NCBI RefSeq assembly: GCF_009914755.1
Contig: NC_060939.1
Origin: the human T2T-CHM13v2.0 reference genome, Homo sapiens
Length of the DNA stretch: 64,000 nucleotides
Direction: 5' to 3' (one strand)
The translations under genes and the position numbers were made by a program. Shown here piece after piece: positions 1 through 16,468 of this stretch. Positions within the stretch are counted from its first letter, which is position 1, and each line of letters begins with the position of its first letter. The notes below the pieces were generated by a model. The model was not told the origin of the DNA and searched no databases. It saw only the letters and a program-made list of their open reading frames with translations.

Positions 1-182
1 TTATCCAGAGCAGAGAATCTAAGAATCTGGTGAAAACTCTGCGCCTTCTCCCTAGAGAAACGCCCATAAATATATCATTTCGCATAAAATTTAAGTAAGT
101 TTCTCTAAGGCACCATAAACCTCAAATTATAAATCCTCGACCTAGCGTAACGAAGTGTTCTTAGATCAGTAAAACATACTCA

Positions 183-800
<618 letters not shown>

Positions 801-1359
801 TCCCTGGAGGAGCTGGGATTCTTTGAGCTTAAAGATGTTAGTGTAACTGGGGACATGTACAGACACTGTGTGAGAAGGCAGCACCCATGGCAGATGCCTG
901 GGGCTAGTGAGCACCCTCTAATATTTTCTGGGAGGGGGCAATTATTTGCAATAGTTGACTCCGCCCAAGTTTATCAACAGATGTCCAATCGCTGACCTTC
1001 AGATGCTTTCTAGAATTCCTGGGGTTCCTAAAGCTTCCTAATGCTTTGATGACAACCTCTCTTCTAGGAGTCCAAGGGGGTAGCACTGTGTTTCAATGAT
1101 GAGGTCAACAGAGAAAGACTACCCAGAACAAAATCAGAATGTCCTGTTTTATGAAGATAAATCAGACATAGAAGTGGGAAATTAAAAAATATATATATCG
1201 TGGAACTTCCTATTTTCACTTCTGCTACCATGACTACCATTCAGGGATCCATAGCACTTGAAATCAAGCAGGCATAGTATCTGTTCAATCTACTAAAAAA
1301 TACTGAAAAATAAAGGAAGTGCCATAGCCTTGCTGCCAGAGCTACTCATTTTCTTTTGC

Positions 1360-1666
1360 TTTTTTTTTTTTTTTTTTTTTTTTGGAGACAGAGTTTTGCT
1401 CTTTTTGCCCAGGCTGGAGTGCAATGGCGCGATCTTGGCTCACCACAACCCCTGCCTCCTGGGTTAAAGTGATTCTCCTGCCTCAGCCTCCTGAGCAGTT
1501 GGGATTACAGGCATGTGCCACCATGCCAGGCTAATTTTGTATTTTTAGTAGAGACGGGATTTCTCCATGTTGGTCAGGCTGATCTCAAACTCCCAACCTC
1601 AGGTGATCCACCTGCCCCGGCCTCCCAAAGCGCTGGGATTACAGGAGTGAGCCACCGCGCCAGGCC
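1360..1666 (-). mobile_element. AluS (Sp/Sq-like)
   Basis: Poly(T) followed by reverse-complement Alu. Confidence 0.95.
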
Positions 1667-1748
1667 TCTTTTGCATTTTTGTAAATGGCAGCCATTACTG
1701 AGCCATGTTATCACCTACTGGAAAGGGATATTCCTTGGCCCTGGACAG

Positions 1749-2535
1749 TGATAGCAGTGGCAAATCATTATGGGTTTGCAACAAGCTCAATTCTTGCCTC
1801 CTCAGAAGAAAGAATTCAACCAAAGGGCATAAGGCAGAGTGACAGACAGAGGCAAGTTTTAGAGCAGGAGTGAAAGTTTATTAAAAAGCTTTACAGCAGG
1901 AACGAAATGAAGTAAAGTACACTTGGAAGAGGGCCAAGCGGGAGACTTGAGAGAGTCAAGTGCACTGCTTGACCTTTGACTTGGGGTTTTATACAATGGC
2001 ATGCTTCCGGGCTCTGCATCTCTTCTTCTTGATTCTTCCTTGGGATGGGCTGTCTGGGTGCACAGTGGCCTGCCAGCACTTGGGAGGGGCCACATGTGCA
2101 GTGTATTTAACTGGAGTTGTGTGCATGCTCACTTGAGGCATTCTCCCCTTACCAGTGTTCCTGGAGGAAGGTCATATACTGGTTAAACTCCGTCATTTTG
2201 CCCCTTAGTGTACATACTTGAGCCCACTCACCCAACTCTAGAGATCTCACTGGGAAGCTGCTGATTGCTAGTTTCAGGTGTTTCTCTCTACTAGGAGACT
2301 GCCTTTCCCTGGCACCAGCTGTGACCAATTCCTAGGTTGGTGCAAAAGTAATTGCGGTCTTTGTCATTAAAACCAATAACAAAAACCACAATTACTTTTT
2401 ACTGACCTAAAGATTAATTTAGGGAGACAGTGTAACAAATGCTTTACCATCACCTGATGGTTGCCTGACATTCCTGGTGGTTGGGAGGGTTCCTCTCCTG
2501 CCCTGCTCATGGCTGGCTAGCTACCTACTGTAACA
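1749..2535 (-). mobile_element. MER50-like solo LTR (ERV1)
   Basis: Minus strand begins TGTTACAGTAGGTAGCTAG...CATGAGCAGGGCAGGAGAGG; 4-bp flanks ACAG/AGAG; family recalled from consensus. Confidence 0.8.
2332..2410. mobile_element. MADE1 (Hsmar1-derived MITE) inside MER50
   Basis: ~80-bp imperfect palindrome TAGGTTGGTGCAAAAGTAATTGCGG...CCACAATTACTTTTTACTGACCTAA. Confidence 0.92.
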
Positions 2536-3480
2536 AGAGCACAGGCTGTCAAGCAGGTTTTTGGCTTCCCAGACAGGGCCCATGGATTTTGTGAATGCAG
2601 CCACTATTTATTGATGTAATCGCTCCACCCTATAGGGCTGGAGTTGTGCTTGGCCACAGAGTGCCAGATGGCCATTAGGTACCAGCTGCTTCCACCCAAG
2701 AACACTGTCACTCACAGAATGCAGCTGCACAGATACCAAGATGGAAGCCCCAACAGTTATCATGGATGTTAAGAAATCCTACCGCCACTTCAAATCACAA
2801 GACTAGCTAACATATACTGAATGCTTATCACACATCGGGTGCTGTGCTAAGCACTTCATGTGGATTATTAGTTCCTTAAATCCTTCCGACAAGCTATCAT
2901 TTGACTTTCTAGGGACTCTTCTAAGAATAAAACTATCCTTGAACTACAGCACTGTTTTAGGAATTGTGGGAGTCTTCCCTTCCAACCCAACTCCTGTGTT
3001 CTCTTGGGGAATCCTTGAAGAGCTCAATGAATACTGCCCACTAAGTGCCCTCACACTACATGCTCCTTGTCAGCTTTACAGGACATGCGGATCCTGGGAG
3101 CCTTACCTCATTCTCTGTTGAAGAGAAGATACAATATAGTTTTTTGTTTATTGCCTGTGTGATGCTAGATCAGCTTGTGCCTTAAACTTGGTATTGAAGG
3201 GGTGACCTAGACAGAAACTGCCCAAAGAGTGAAATTTATTTACTAATAAGTATGAATTGTCTGCATGCAAAGGATGCATTTTATTGGAAAAATTTATCAT
3301 GTCAACATATTTTTACCATATTATCTTGGCTATATTATAACAGTATAATGGAAAGTTATTGACAGGAAGGAACCTATGTTTTCAGTAAACCATCATGGAC
3401 CATAGAATAAGTCTGCCACTGAAAAGGCTGTATTTATGATTATTGTAGGCAACTTGAGAAAAACCCCTGAGGGAACTTAT

Positions 3481-3750
3481 GGCCAGGTGCAGTGGCTCAC
3501 ACCTGTAATCCCAGCACTTTGGGAGGATGAGGTGGTTGATTCCTTGAGCTCAGGACAAGGCAAAACTCCATCTCTACAAAAAATAGAAAAATTAGCCGGG
3601 CGAGGTGGTGTGTACTTGTAGTCCCAGCTACTCAAGAGGCTGAAGTGGGGGGATCACCTGAGCCCAGGGAGGTCAAAGCTGCAGTGAGTCATGTTTGCGC
3701 TACTGCATTCCAGCCTGGATGACAGAGCAAGACCCTTTCTCAAAAAAAGA
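3481..3750 (+). mobile_element. AluJ-like with small left-arm deletion
   Basis: GGATCACCTGAGCCCAGGGAGGTCAAAGCTGCAGTG right arm; B-box region deleted. Confidence 0.9.
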
Positions 3751-3971
3751 AGTGATCTAGATTTTTTTTTAAAACATGCTGATAGTACAGAAACGTTCCT
3801 GGGGAATAATTTGACTGCAAGAGACGTTTTCAAAAAGAACTAAGATAGTTTTGATCCTATCTCAAACCTCCCCTTTAATGATTGAGGCTTTACATCAGTT
3901 ATTTACAAGAAACCTGGAATGTCAGACAATACAATTTGTAATAATGGTGCAATTACAAAATTTGTGTCTGA

Positions 3972-4519
<548 letters not shown>

Positions 4520-5177
4520 CTATTTGGCTGCTCCTGTTAGCCCTTTTGCACGGGGCTGGATTCCCTCAATTCACTTTTCCACGCAGACAGCTGGAGTAGG
4601 GACAATCAAATTATTTACTTTATAAATTATGCCATTATTACTTCTAAGAGTACTGGTGTCCATTACATCCTTTTCAAAGACTTTCACTGATCAGCTGAGA
4701 TATCTGGCTTTTTAAGATCCATATTTTTTCTTTATCTTTGCCTCACTGTTTATCGATAGATATACCTGAAAATATAAAAGATTAACATGGTCCAGGGAAG
4801 CCAGTGTTTATGGAGTAACTATTTAAAGATAACTGGAGCGGACACTTGTTACTCTAGAAATTTCCCTGTATCTTCTGTTCCCATCCATATGGCTACTTTA
4901 GGAGTTGCCATCTTGGTTCAATGCCAGTCTGCCACTGGGCACAGTTGATTGGACCAAATTTAGCTTGCAAGTCAAGCTAGGCCAATCAAAGTTATTTCAT
5001 GGAGAACTGGATTTGGAAAACAGAGGGTACTGTTTTTCTTTCTGGAAGCTTGATTGACAGGTGTCAAATATGCAAGCTGTTGGCAGCTTTGTGGTTTAGG
5101 GAGTACAGGGGTTGGTCCATAGCCAGAAGAAAAAGAGAAGCCAACACAACAAAGAGGGTAGAGGCTGGAGACAGAGG

Positions 5178-5247
5178 GTATTTTTGTTTCCTGGGGCTGC
5201 TGTAACAAATTACCACAAACTGGGTGGCTTATAATGACAGAAAATTA
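5178..5247. mobile_element. MLT1 (MaLR) terminal fragment
   Basis: GGGGCTGCTGTAACAAATTACCACAAACTGGGTGGCTTA. Confidence 0.7.
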
Positions 5248-5565
<318 letters not shown>

Positions 5566-6652
5566 TCACAATGTCACATACCCTTATCTAAACCAATTAC
5601 CAACAAAGGGTTTGGGAACCCATGATTGGCTTGGACCTATGAGGATTCAGCCCTTGGGCTGGGGCTGTGATCAACCCCTTGTGAAACACAAAGCTGAGCA
5701 CAGGAGGGCAGATGCTGTTCTGAATCGAAAGAGGAAAGGAGGGTGGGTGAGAAACGCATGTTAAGTAGGCAACCAGCAGTGTCAGTGACACATGGCCGAC
5801 TTATGTTTTCAAAATCCCAAATGACTCCAGGCACTTTCCACCAGATTTTTTAGCTTACCTCTAAACAGCCATCCATGTGCTGTAGGCAAATTTTGGCAGG
5901 AAGTGCCAGAAGGTAGCATCTCGCCCCTGTTCTAATCTGCTTACTGTGCCTCTGACATCAGTAGCACAAAGGGTAAAAATCAGTGCAGTCAGCTCTCCTA
6001 ATGGCTGTATGACTTTGGAAGTGGCTGTTTGGAAGGTGGTTTTAAGAGACCTGTAAAAGGACAGACATGCTTCATGGTTGTGGCTCCCAGGTAACAACTC
6101 TGAAGGACTCAACACCTGGATTCCTGGCCAGAGCCCCTCAGGTGGCCTCCATGTAGGTGCCATAGCAAAGAATCCCATTTTTTTTCATCTAGGAAAAGGG
6201 AACAAAGGTGTGGTTCCGATCAGGGTGGTTGGTTTAAGTCCACAAAAATCATCTGTTAAGCAACTACTAAAGGCAAAGATGGACCAAATTGACCTGTTCT
6301 TTGTGGGCAGTCTCCATCCAGCTGCTACAGGCTCTAAATGAGCCACCATATAGTATGGCGGCTCATACTATCGGCTCAAGATAGTTGACCTTACAGGTCA
6401 CCTGTGGAAAGCCATGGAACCCTGGCAGCAGGAACTATTTCTCTTTGGGACCAGGTTCTTGGAGAGAGAGACTAGGCTCAGCTTTCCTGCAACTTGCAGG
6501 GTTGAGTCAGGGTCATCTGGCCTGAGGCAGAGGCAGTCACTTGTGGGGACGGTGGGGAGTCTGTCCTAGTCCTCTCACCCCACCCTGGAGAGTTACCACC
6601 ACTGAGGAAGGAGGAAGGAGATGTTTCTGTTTGTCATCTCATGACATCATCA

Positions 6653-6968
<316 letters not shown>

Positions 6969-8391
6969 GGATTGGACATTAGCACTCCCAAGTTACATTT
7001 AAGGAACCTGCGGTTCAGAGAGGATAAGTTGGTTTCCAGGTCACACAGCCAGTTAATGGATTCAGAGCCCATGCGAGGTCCTGATGGATTGGGACACTGG
7101 AGATAAACACATGATGGAGGACAGTAGTTCAGGGGAGACCTGGAATGCTACTTGGGAGGGGACTCTCTGAAACAAGAGATAGCTTGGGGACATAGAAGTT
7201 GCCCAGAGAGGACAGAGCAGCAGGACAGGAGGTGAACGTGCATCCTCCTATGGCCACCGGTGGAAAATCATATGTATGGGATGCCCAAGGATCAGCTCTC
7301 TCCAGGGAGGTAGAGCTGGCTAGGATGGCAGTTTGTGGGAACAGTTTCTAGGAGGCAGGAAAGCACCAGGGGCTGAGGGGAATGGGGCCAAGGGTTGCTG
7401 CTGTTACTTGTGGATGCATTACTGGGAGGGCCAGGGGGAGTCCTGGCCGAGAGGAAATCAGACTTGATCAGGGAGATAAAAGCATGGATCAGATTCAAGT
7501 AGTAGTGAGGCAAGGATGGAATAGGAAAGGAACAGCAAGCTGAAGGCCTTGGAGGGGCAAGAGCTGGGCCAGGCAAGTGGAGAAGGCTGGACCCGAGGGT
7601 GGAGGCTGCCTAGAGCCCCTTATCATGCAGGGCTGCTGGGGGGCCTGAGGATGCCGCACAAGGGAGGACCTGGCCAGCTGGCAGAGCGATGATGCCACCT
7701 GTGTGTTTCATCTGAAGAGGGTTTATGACCTGGGGGCTGTATGTGTCCTGAGGGTAGAGAGGAGGAAAGATGGAAGATGGGGGTCTAGAGGGTTAGGGTA
7801 GAGAAAAGTGAGGATGTGAGATGCTGGAGGAAAAGTCTCCTGAAGTTCATTCTGACAGCCCTAGCCCTGTCCTCTAATCTCATCTCCCTCCCATTCCCTT
7901 CCCAATCCCCCTAGCGCAGCCTTTTTTTTGGGACTGCCAGCCACCCTTAAAGGGAAGGCCCCAACCCTTCCCTCAATTGGGGACCTCAGGGAGAGCTGGC
8001 AGGGCCCTGGGGCCCAGAGGGCTGGCTTCCTTCTTGTCAGAGGCAAAACAAAGGCACCTCCAGGGCTCAATGAAAACTCAGTTTGTTTTCTGGCTGTGGC
8101 CAAGGGACACCTTTAATTGCAAAACTTAAAACCAGCCCTTGTTGGAAATTGCGACAAGGCCAGACCATATGGGAATGTTTCCCGATGGAAAGGAGCATCT
8201 GTTCTCTATAAGATATGCAAATGACGTGTAATTGCACCTTCAGAGAGCTCTGTTTTCCGTCCCCAGCACAGTGCCCACAGGCGGGGGAATCTGACCATGG
8301 TTTAAAGTCCTCAGCCCTCCACCCACAAGACAGAGGATCCACGCTGAATCCACACTGCACGCTTCCCAGATTGAGGGACCCAGACCAGCCA

Positions 8392-8405
8392 GCGCCCTCT
8401 GCTGA
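8392..8405 (-). promoter_or_regulatory. CTCF core motif (reverse)
   Basis: Minus strand TCAGCAGAGGGCGC vs consensus CCASYAGRKGGCRS. Confidence 0.6.
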
Positions 8406-8916
8406 CATTCTCAGTCTTGTACTCAGGGTCCAGAAGGGGTTGAATAAGGCACACACTGCATTCCTATTCTGTTCCAGGTTTTGTGCAAAGTGGGGTTGTT
8501 TCCTTTAATGTGGGAGAAAACCCCAATGAGATCTTTTGCTTTGCAGACAAGGTAACCAAGGCTCGGAGGATTTATGTAGTTGGTCCGACATGTCATCTGG
8601 CACAGGGTGGGACTGAGATTCACAGCCAGGACTGACCGCTGGAAAAGCCCCTCGCGTGTCTTCTAACATTTACTGAGTGCCTGGGTCATTTCTTTAGCAA
8701 ATGTTCTCTTATTCTGTCTCCTGTCTGCGAACGCCTGCACTCTCTGTCTCTCAGTCTCTCTTTGTCCCTCCTCCCTCCTGGGAATGGCTGAATAAGGGTC
8801 TTCACAAGAAAGGATCATTCCTTCAAAATTAATGCCGCATTTGCTTAAAATGTATTAGAAATGTGTTACAGCAAAAAGCACTTACAATAGCACTGGTAAA
8901 ATGAAAATGTACATTA

Positions 8917-9223
<307 letters not shown>

Positions 9224-9289
9224 CAATCACCAAGCCATTTAGAGGAACCAGCCATTCTCTGCAGGAAATAAAGGAACTAAGAGTTACCT

Positions 9290-9327
9290 CATCACCACTG
9301 CCACCACCATCACCACCATCATCATCA
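9290..9327. repeat. (CAC/CAT)n imperfect trinucleotide tract
   Basis: CATCACCACTGCCACCACCATCACCACCATCATCATC. Confidence 0.8.
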
Positions 9328-9419
9328 GAATGGAGGTGATGCGGTGGGGCTTCCTGGCGCTGCTCTTCACGGCTTGTGAGGAGCTCTGTGCAGCAGCTAG
9401 GCCAGGTGAGAACACAAGT

Positions 9420-9600
9420 CATGGGCCCTGGAGTCAGCCCTTGTGGCAAGTGACTTCCTTCTCTGTGATCTCCTTTCCATCTGTAAAATGGGGATCATAG
9501 TTCCTACATGATGGGTTTGTTCTGAGAGTTCAGGTGCTAATGTTTTTAGAAGAGTGCCTGGCCCCTAAGAAGTGTTTAATACACACTAGCTGTTATTACT
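9420..9600. mobile_element. MIR
   Basis: GGCAAGTGACTT...CATCTGTAAAATGGGGAT...AGTGCCTGGC. Confidence 0.75.
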
Positions 9601-9893
9601 TTTCAAGATCTTGCAGGAGACCCCGCATGGTGATTTGAGAACTTCCCGGAGTCCTGGGGTGAGAAACAGTGATCGCTCTGGCTTCTTCCACCAGAGGTAC
9701 CAGGGTTTTTACCTTTTGTACACATCAGGAGGCTTGAAGACATTTGAAAAACTGCCTTAGGTTATAGGGGTCATTTAATCTCCTTGGGCTCCATGAGGTC
9801 AGGGAATGTCACTTACAGCATCCTTAGTGTCCAGAGAGTTCCTGGCATGGAGGAGATGCTTGATAAATTCACGCTGAATTGAATGGTGCCTCC

Positions 9894-10187
<294 letters not shown>

Positions 10188-11002
10188 TAAAATGTAAAAA
10201 GAATGCCCAAGTTTTGGTATGAGTGACCTTTTTAAGGGAGATGTTCTTCCAGGAAAGCACCTTGTTCACATACTCTGGGCCACCGTGCAGGGGCTCTGGA
10301 GGTGGTCTGACTCCCCCACCATTTAGTGCCAACCTCAGGGCATAGTGCCTGACCGAGATGGAGGAGAACAAGCCCTGGCGGTGTCTATGAAGCCAGAGGG
10401 AGTGGAAGACAGAACAGGAAGGGGAAGGAGGGTGGCCAGTGTCCTCATGGGGAAGGGGCAGGTGGGCGGAGAGGCTGGGAGAGCCGGTGTCTACCCAGAG
10501 AATGCCACATGGCACCTGGACCTGGTGCTCAGGGAGAAGTCCTCTGGCACCCCTGTGGGTGGGTGGGGTGTTGCCAATGGCCAAGATGGGCTTTGGCATA
10601 GCTGCTCTAAGCCTGTGGGCATTCTCCTCCCAGCTAGAAAGGAGAGGGGCTGCTCCTGCCTGTACATGCCAGGGGAAGCTGTTGGTCAGCTGCAAAATGA
10701 GGACATTCTCAAGACCGGCCTCTGCAGCGGCTGCTCCCACTTCTCCAGCTCTGGCCCACTTGCCATATGTTCTGGGAGGAAAAATCACGTCACTGAGGTT
10801 ATTGTCCAGTGAACTGGTGATTCTGCTCTGGGGCCTTGTCGGAGCTGGAAGACTTTGTTTTTTGAATATCATTTCCTGGAGAAAGGTTATGGGGGAGGTG
10901 GGGGTTGTGGCAGGGTGGAGGGTTTTGCTGGATAAATAGACCTCTCCCCTTGTTTGTCCTGAGGAAGAGAGAATATTTCTGTCTTACAGATGAAACATCT
11001 GA

Positions 11003-11384
<382 letters not shown>

Positions 11385-12007
11385 AGGATATTTTTTCTGA
11401 ACTCAACCTTGCTTTGCAAACTCTCAGCTCTGCACATTTGTATCCTTTCTCAGGCCCTACCTTCATGGATGAAAACCTCCCAGAGAGGGAGTTCGGAATA
11501 GCCCAACACCTACAGCCTCAGGGTTATTCTGCAGATGCCTTGAGCAGCCTCATCATGTGAGTTCCCAGCCCCAAACTTCCCCATTCCCTGGATCTCATCT
11601 GTCCATCTGGTGGTGATTGCAAAATGAAGTCACACTTACCCTTGTGCCCAAATTGCAGGTTCCGAGCCACTCATCCCCCTAGACAAGAACATTAGCCTTC
11701 AAGGGTCTTCACTCATTCATGGGAGATCTCAGAGGGAGCCTCACACACATACCCACTCTGTCAGTTGCAACCCCAGACAATGCCCACCCCTTTTTCCTTT
11801 CTGGTTCTGGTTTCCACCTGTGCACTAGTCACAGTTTTCTTGTCATTATCACCACAAAAGGGGCCACCTGAAGAATGATGTGCTGCTGACGTCTGGGCCA
11901 ATGTAGCTTGTTCAGTGTTTGAAGGCCCTCACTCACTGCTAGAATCTCCAAAAGACTCTCATAAAGGCAGCTTGAGCTTCCACCTCGAAGGTCTTAAAAC
12001 TTGTCCA

Positions 12008-12309
12008 GGCCGGGTGTGGTGGCTCATGCCTGTAATCCCAGCATTTTGGGAGGCCGAGGAAGGGAAATCACCTGAGGTCAGGGGTTGGAGACCAGCCTGG
12101 TCAACATGGTGAAACCCCATCTCTATTAAAAATACAAAAATTAGTCAGGTGTGGTGGCGCATGCCTGTAATCTCAGCTACTTAGGAGGCTGAGGCAGGAG
12201 AATCGCTTGAGCCTGGAGGTGGAGGTTGCAGTTAGTCGAGATCGCATCATTGCATTCCAGCCTGGGTGACAGAGCCAGACTCTCTCTAAAAAAAAAAAAA
12301 AAAAAAAAA
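12008..12309 (+). mobile_element. AluS
   Basis: Dimeric Alu with poly(A). Confidence 0.95.
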
Positions 12310-12544
12310 TCATGCATCCCTACTACATGCAAATCTGTTTAGTCATATAGTTTATACAGTTAGCACTGGATTTATATAGGGTGTACCTTAAAACCATGCA
12401 CAAAGTAGAAATTACAAGGATGATACTTTTTCATAAATTATAAACATTAATGTATTATGCTCATTAAAGCCATATATAAAAAGAGAAATGTAAAATGGGG
12501 ACATAAGAATAACTATAAAAATAAATTTAAGAAATAACTATATT

Positions 12545-12850
12545 GCACTGGATGCAGTGGCTCACATCTGTAATCCCAGCACTTTGGGAGGCAGAGGTGG
12601 GCTGATCACTAGGTCAGGAGTTCGAGACCAGCCTGGCCAATATGGTGACACTCTGTCTTTACTGAAATTACAAAAATTAGCCGGGCGTGGTGGTGCACAC
12701 CTGTAGTCCCAGCTACTCGGGAGGCTGAGGCAGAGGCACAAGAACTGCTTGAACCCGGGAGGCAGAGGTTGCAGTCAGCTGAGATCACGCCACTGCACTC
12801 CAGCCTGGGCAGCAGAGTGAGACTCTGTCTCAAAAAAAAAAAAGAAAGAA
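12545..12850 (+). mobile_element. AluS (tandem trio, copy 1)
   Basis: Alu flanked by AAGAAATAACTATATT-like repeats. Confidence 0.95.
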
Positions 12851-12869
12851 AAGAAATAACTAATAACTA

Positions 12870-13168
<299 letters not shown>

Positions 13169-13193
13169 AACTAACTATAAAAAATAAGTTATT

Positions 13194-13578
<385 letters not shown>

Positions 13579-13580
13579 TT

Positions 13581-13789
13581 ATTTATTTTTTATTATTACT
13601 ATTATTTTTGAGAGTAGCTGGGATTACAGGCAGGCACCACCACACCCAGCTAATTTTTTTTGTATTTTTAGTAGAGATGGGGTTTCACCATGTTGGCCTG
13701 GCTGGCCTTGAACTCCTGACCTCAGGTGATCTGCCCACCTTGGCCTCCCAAAGTGCTAGGATTCCAGGCATGAGCCACCGTGCCCGGCC
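13581..13789 (-). mobile_element. Alu with ~100-bp right-arm deletion
   Basis: Tail joins GAGAGTAGCTGGG directly; TSD G(T/C)ATCTCATTTT. Confidence 0.92.
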
Positions 13790-13999
13790 TGCATCTCATT
13801 TTAGAAACCAGACTATTCTGTCAACATCTGCGTACTTGCCAGCTGCCTATTTTACAAGTGCAATTTCACTTAAGCTTCATTGCCACCCTGGGCGTTTCTA
13901 CCTTTGCTTTCCATATCAGATCAGAAAACAAACTGAGCTAGGCTACATGACTCATTCAGGACACACAGTGAGGAAGTTAGGAGCCTGATGTTGACTCCT

Positions 14000-14376
14000 G
14001 TGTTCGTTTGCTCAGGCTGCCAACACCGACTGGGGGCTTCAATAATGGAAGCTTATTTTCACACAGTTCTGGAGGCTGGAGTTCCAAGATCAAGGTTTTG
14101 GCAGGTCTGGCTTCTTCTGGGGCCTCTCTCCTTGGCTTGCAGATGGCTGCCTACTCATGGGGTCCTTACACGGTCTTTTCTCTGTGCTGACACATCCTGG
14201 TGTGCCTTCCTTTTCTTAGGAACAGCAGTTCTGTTGGATTAGGGCCCTGCTCTGTGACCTCATTCGAACTTATTACCTCCTTAAAGACCCTAACTCCAAG
14301 TACAGTCATATTCAGAGACACTGGGGGTTAGGGTTCCAACGTATAAATTTTGGGGGGACAAAATTCAACTCATAAG
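14000..14376. mobile_element. MLT1A/B-like MaLR solo LTR
   Basis: CACAGTTCTGGAGGCTGG...CAAGATCAAGG...TTTTGGGGGGACAAAATTCAACTCATAA. Confidence 0.85.
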
Positions 14377-15759
14377 AGTTCCCAGGCCTATGCTCTCTAG
14401 TCACTGGGCTGCCCTGCTTGGCTGGCCTGAGCGTGTGACCTGAGGACACCCACTACAAAGATAAGTGCCCCTATGGCCTTCCAGGGGACAGCCCCAGCAG
14501 AATCTTAACACTCCTGTAAGATCTCTTTATCCCCTGCTTCCAGGATCCTGGTGCACCCATCCTTCTGCCTGGAATATCCTCTTCTCTCCTCTAATCTGCT
14601 CCCTTGCCACCTTCCCCACCTCCCCACTGGTCTAAGTCCTCTCTGTCTTCTCTGTTCTTCCAGCAAACTCCAATGTCATCTCCTCCATGAAGCCCTGGCT
14701 GCCACTCACAGAGAAGCAGGCTGAGTCCTGCACCAGGATGCCTGGCTGAGGAGCAGAGTGGCATAAAAGCATTTGCTCTTTGTTTGCAGGCCGCTGGGCC
14801 CAGGAGGCTGGGTCTGTTCAGGTAAGCTCCTTCTAATTTGCATCAACACTCATAAGGGGTAGGATGGCCCTGCAGTGTTGCTAGAAGTGATTTTTCTCTT
14901 CTGTTCGTTTCCATAAAATTTTATGGTACCTCTCATATACCATTCTGTGTTACTGGTATTTTTGTATTTGAATTGTCTTCTTATCTAGAAGGTGAGTTCT
15001 GAGAGTGCAGGGATCTTATCTTATCTTCATTCATTCATTCATTCATTCTTTCTTTCCTGCACTCACTCCATAAAGACCATTGAGATTCCACTGTGTTTGT
15101 TCAATTAAAGCTTGCTGAAAGAATACCTCAGTGAAATGCCCCCTGCCCAGGTAGCCTGTGCTCCTCCTGTATCTTCTTCATTCAATCCTCCCTGCTCTTT
15201 CATCCAGTTTACAGAATCAGACCCTCCACACACTGGCTTTTAGAGCTAGGGTCAGGTGTGGGTGGCCAAGCAGCATCTGATATGAGCAAAGGTGGCCCTG
15301 CTCTTCTCTGACCTCTTTACAGACCCCAAGTGCATTCTTTGCCAAAGCCACCCCAACCCCATTCTCTGCGAGCATTCCCTCCCCAGCTGCACCCTGCCCT
15401 CCCAACTCCTAGGATAGTCCACGTGGCCCTAGTAGTGTAGATGGAGCACATTCCAGGGCTCCCTCAGAGGGAGGACAGAAACTTGTGGAGCAGGAGGCGT
15501 CCCTTAAAGGAGGCAGGCAGAGAGGTGGGCCCTCGTCCCGGGTCAGGATCCTAGCAGGAAGCAGATACACCTTAGCTTCTACTGGGGAGTTGCCAGGAAA
15601 CGATTGTGCGTCAGTCTGCACACTCCCAGTTGGTAGCTTCTGGAACACGGAGTAGAGAAACCTGGAAAAACTGAACAAGTAGAGCAATTGATTTTGTTCA
15701 CACAATCGCAATAGGAAGAACACCCCAGATATGAAGATTAGAGTAATGGAAGGCAGGTT

Positions 15760-16005
15760 TTTTTTTTTTCAAGCAAACTTTTCATTGAATGTTAACAAGT
15801 TTTTACATACATGTGACCGCTACCACAATGAAAATACAGAACAAACATTTCCATTGCCCCCCAGAGTTCTCTTGTGCCCCATTCCATTTGACACCCCAGC
15901 CAATGGCCCAAGGCAAGCATTCATCTTCTTCTGTCATGATTATTTTTTCTACAGTTTTATATAAATTGAATTATAGGGTTTATAAGTACTCTTGATATCT
16001 GGTTC
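15760..16005 (-). mobile_element. Old L1M 3' fragment
   Basis: AAAATACAGAAC...ATTTCCATTGCCCCCAGAGTTCTCTTGTGCCCC resembles L1M 3' UTR. Confidence 0.55.
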
Positions 16006-16011
16006 TCTCTC

Positions 16012-16308
16012 TTTTTTTTTTTTTTTTTTGAGACAAAGTCTCGCTGTGACTCCCAGGTGGAGTGCAGTGGCATGATCTCGGCTCACTACAACCCCTGCCT
16101 CCCAGTTCAAGCGATTCTCCTGCCTCAGCCTCCTGAGTAGCTGGGATTATAGGTGCCTGCCACGACGCCCAGCTAATTTTTGTATTATTAGTAGAGACGG
16201 GGTTTCACCATGTTGGACAGGCTGGTCTCGAACTCCTGACCTCAGGTGATCCACCTGCCTTGGTCTCCCAAAGTGCTGGAATTATAGGTATGAGCCACTG
16301 CACCCAGC
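16012..16308 (-). mobile_element. AluS
   Basis: Poly(T) plus reverse Alu. Confidence 0.95.
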
Positions 16309-16468
16309 ATGATTATGGTCTTAAAATACAGAGTGACTTATGATTTATGCCTGATTCTCTGGTGGCTGGGGAACCAAATAGTCTCAGAAAATACTTGGGT
16401 CAGTGGGAGCATTGGGATGACTGGAGGTGAGGAAGGGTTTGAGGTGTGAAACATCATTTATGGGAGGC

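Noticed and set aside
1-145. Possible hAT-Charlie MITE fragment at the window start; another at ~12340-13812 fragmented by Alus
   Set aside because: Resemblance too degenerate to name or delimit
8530-8560. TTTGCAG-ACAAG-GTAACC micro-exon-like signal
   Set aside because: Resembles a decayed MIR core (TTTTGCAGATGAGGAAACTGAGGCTC)
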